From positions 1-64,000 of the forward strand of contig CAXTYC010000017.1 in assembly GCA_964248365.1 (NCBI GenBank): a DNA stretch of 64,000 nt, written 5' to 3'. The translations under genes were made by a program, and so were the position numbers. This document shows positions 62,048 through 64,000 of the stretch, one piece after another; the first letter of the stretch is position 1; the number at the start of each line of letters is the position of its first letter. Under the pieces are notes generated by a model. The model was not told where the DNA came from. It ran no database searches and saw only the letters and a program-made list of their open reading frames with translations. The stretch comes from an uncultured Chroococcidiopsis sp. Lineage in GTDB: Bacteria; Cyanobacteriota; Cyanobacteriia; Cyanobacteriales; Chroococcidiopsidaceae.

Positions 62048-63472
62048 ATGACAGTTGAATACGATTTAGTAGTCATTGGCGGTGGTTCGGCTGGTTTGCT
62101 GGCGGCTGCTGTAGCTGCTGCACTCAAAGCTAAGGTAGCATTGATAGAACGCGATCGCCTGGGTGGTGATTGTCTGTGGTATGGTTGCGTTCCGAGTAAA
62201 TCTCTGATCCATGCTTCCCGCGTCGCTTACGAAGTAAAACACGCTGGTAGATTTGGTATATATTGCAAAGATCCTGAAATTGATTTTGCTCTTGCGATCG
62301 GTCACGTTCAAAGTGTAATTTCCACAATTCAACCCCACGATTCACCAGAACGATTTGAAAAATTGGGTGTAGAGGTAATTTTCGGAAATGGTAAATTTAT
62401 AGATCGCAAAACTTTTGAAGTTAATAATCGCCAACTCAAAGCCCGATCTTTTATTATTTCCACTGGTTCTAGACCTGCAAAACTTCCTATCCCAGGACTT
62501 GAAGAAGCAGGATATATTACTAATGAGGAAGTATTTTCTATTACCAAACGTCCTGATTCTCTAGCGATAATTGGCGGTGGACCAATTGGATGTGAATTAG
62601 GACAAGCGTTTTCTCGGCTAGGTTCAAATGTTACTATTATTGCTAGCCGCGATCGCCTCCTTTCCAAAGAAGATCCAGAAGCAGTTGAGGTAATACACAA
62701 ACAATTTGCATCTGAGGGGATCAACTTTTTACTCAATACTAAAGTTGAGAGAGTAGAAGTTGTTGATGGTAAAAAATACGTTTATGCAGGCAAAGAGAAA
62801 ATTGCTGCTGATGAAATTTTAGTTGCAGCTGGACGACAGCCCAATGTCGAATCCCTCAATTTAGACGCGGCTGGGGTGAAAATGGGTAAAAAGGGAATTG
62901 CAGTTAACAGCAAACTCCAAACATCAAATAAGCGCATTTATGCTTGTGGTGATGTAATCGGTGGCTACCAGTTTACCCATGTTGCTGGTTATCAAGCAAA
63001 TGTAGCGCTGAAAAATGCCCTTTTCTTACCTATCTTCAAAGCTGACAATCGGGTGATTCCTTGGGCGACATTTACTGATCCTGAACTTGCGCGTGTCGGC
63101 TTAACCGAACAAGAAGCAAGAGAACGTTTTGGCAATGATATATATGTAGTAAAGCAGGAATTTGCAGACGTAGATCGCGCCCAAGCAGAAGCCGCAACAG
63201 AAGGATTTGCCAAAATTATCACCCGACGCAATGGTGAAATTCTCGGCGCACATCTAGTAGGTGCAGCAGCTGGGGAATTGATTCACGAAATCATTTTAGC
63301 AATGTCGCACAAATTGAAAATTTCTGCCCTGGGAGGGATTCACATTTATCCCACTTTGGCAGAAGTCAACAGTAAAGCAGCGTTTGCTTTGACAAGGCAG
63401 AACTATGAGAAAAACGACAAACTCCAGAACTTGTTAAAGAAGATATTTCCTCTCTTGCGGCGTTTGGGATAA
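62048..63472 (+). CDS. Pyridine nucleotide-disulphide oxidoreductase (dihydrolipoamide dehydrogenase/mercuric reductase-like)
   Basis: GGGSAG, GGDCLWYGCVPSK, HIYPTLAE; no C-terminal CC pair of a true MerA. Confidence 0.88.
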   Translation: MTVEYDLVVIGGGSAGLLAAAVAAALKAKVALIERDRLGGDCLWYGCVPSKSLIHASRVAYEVKHAGRFGIYCKDPEIDFALAIGHVQSVISTIQPHDSPERFEKLGVEVIFGNGKFIDRKTFEVNNRQLKARSFIISTGSRPAKLPIPGLEEAGYITNEEVFSITKRPDSLAIIGGGPIGCELGQAFSRLGSNVTIIASRDRLLSKEDPEAVEVIHKQFASEGINFLLNTKVERVEVVDGKKYVYAGKEKIAADEILVAAGRQPNVESLNLDAAGVKMGKKGIAVNSKLQTSNKRIYACGDVIGGYQFTHVAGYQANVALKNALFLPIFKADNRVIPWATFTDPELARVGLTEQEARERFGNDIYVVKQEFADVDRAQAEAATEGFAKIITRRNGEILGAHLVGAAAGELIHEIILAMSHKLKISALGGIHIYPTLAEVNSKAAFALTRQNYEKNDKLQNLLKKIFPLLRRLG

Positions 63473-63592
63473 CTTATACCATTTTAGATTTTAGAGCTAT
63501 CGGTGGGCAATGCCCACCCTACTGAAATATTCGGGCAAGAAGTCGAGTTTTGTTAAGCTAGATCAGCTTTTTGAGGAGTGAAGTCAAGCGGT

Positions 63593-64000
63593 ATGCACTG
63601 GCTATTAACTGGACGGTTGAGCGTGGAAAATGTGACAGTGGCGATCGCAGATCTGCCAAAATCGTTACAAGGCACAAAGTTGGTGCAGTTGTCCGATTTT
63701 CATTATGATGGCTTGCGGCTATCAGAAGAAATGTTAGAATCTGCGATCGCCACCACTAATGACGCTGAACCAGATTTAATTGTATTGACTGGCGACTATG
63801 TAACCGACGATCCTAGCCCAATTCATCAGCTAGTATTACGACTCAAACATTTGCAAAGTCGTCTAGGTGTCTATGCCATTTTAGGCAACCATGATATTTG
63901 TTATCCCAACTCCCAAGCCGAAATCACCAAAGCATTAAGCAGCATCGATATTCCTGTGCTGTGGAATGAAATCGCTTATCCTCTAGGAAAGGAATTACCT
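63593..64000 (+). CDS. Calcineurin-like metallophosphoesterase (partial, runs off the window)
   Basis: QLSDFH, TGDYV, LGNHD motifs. Confidence 0.85.
   Translation, partial: MHWLLTGRLSVENVTVAIADLPKSLQGTKLVQLSDFHYDGLRLSEEMLESAIATTNDAEPDLIVLTGDYVTDDPSPIHQLVLRLKHLQSRLGVYAILGNHDICYPNSQAEITKALSSIDIPVLWNEIAYPLGKELP

Noticed and set aside
62048..63472. merA mercury resistance gene
   Set aside because: Lacks the C-terminal vicinal cysteines and any mer operon context

Overview
64 kb of a cyanobacterial chromosome. Evidence: frequent HIP1 GCGATCGC octamers, heptamer tandem repeats, nblA, cyanobacterial rpoZ, a group 2 sigma factor and an SLH-porin. Most genes are housekeeping or metabolic: glgC, GH13, GH57, carB, sphR/sphS/phoU, mlaF/mlaD, mutT, dps, mobA and tRNA-Phe. 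Accessory modules: (1) an HNH-nuclease/SF2-helicase fusion followed by an uncharacterised gene with its own cyanobacterial LexA box, a candidate undescribed nucleic-acid-targeting or defence cassette (41.1-43.9 kb); (2) a cytochrome P450 next to a cyclooxygenase-like fatty-acid dioxygenase, resembling a split form of the fungal DOX-CYP oxylipin enzymes (5.0-8.1 kb); (3) an Mrr-type nuclease-ParA ATPase fusion divergent from GmrSD (58.4-62.0 kb); (4) a tandem pair of coiled-coil paralogues behind a second LexA box. At least six decayed genes are present. Several families of small structured dispersed repeats occur, one of them inserted in frame in both carB and hldE. No CRISPR array, integrase or intact transposase was seen. 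All calls come from reading motifs by eye; no database search was run.
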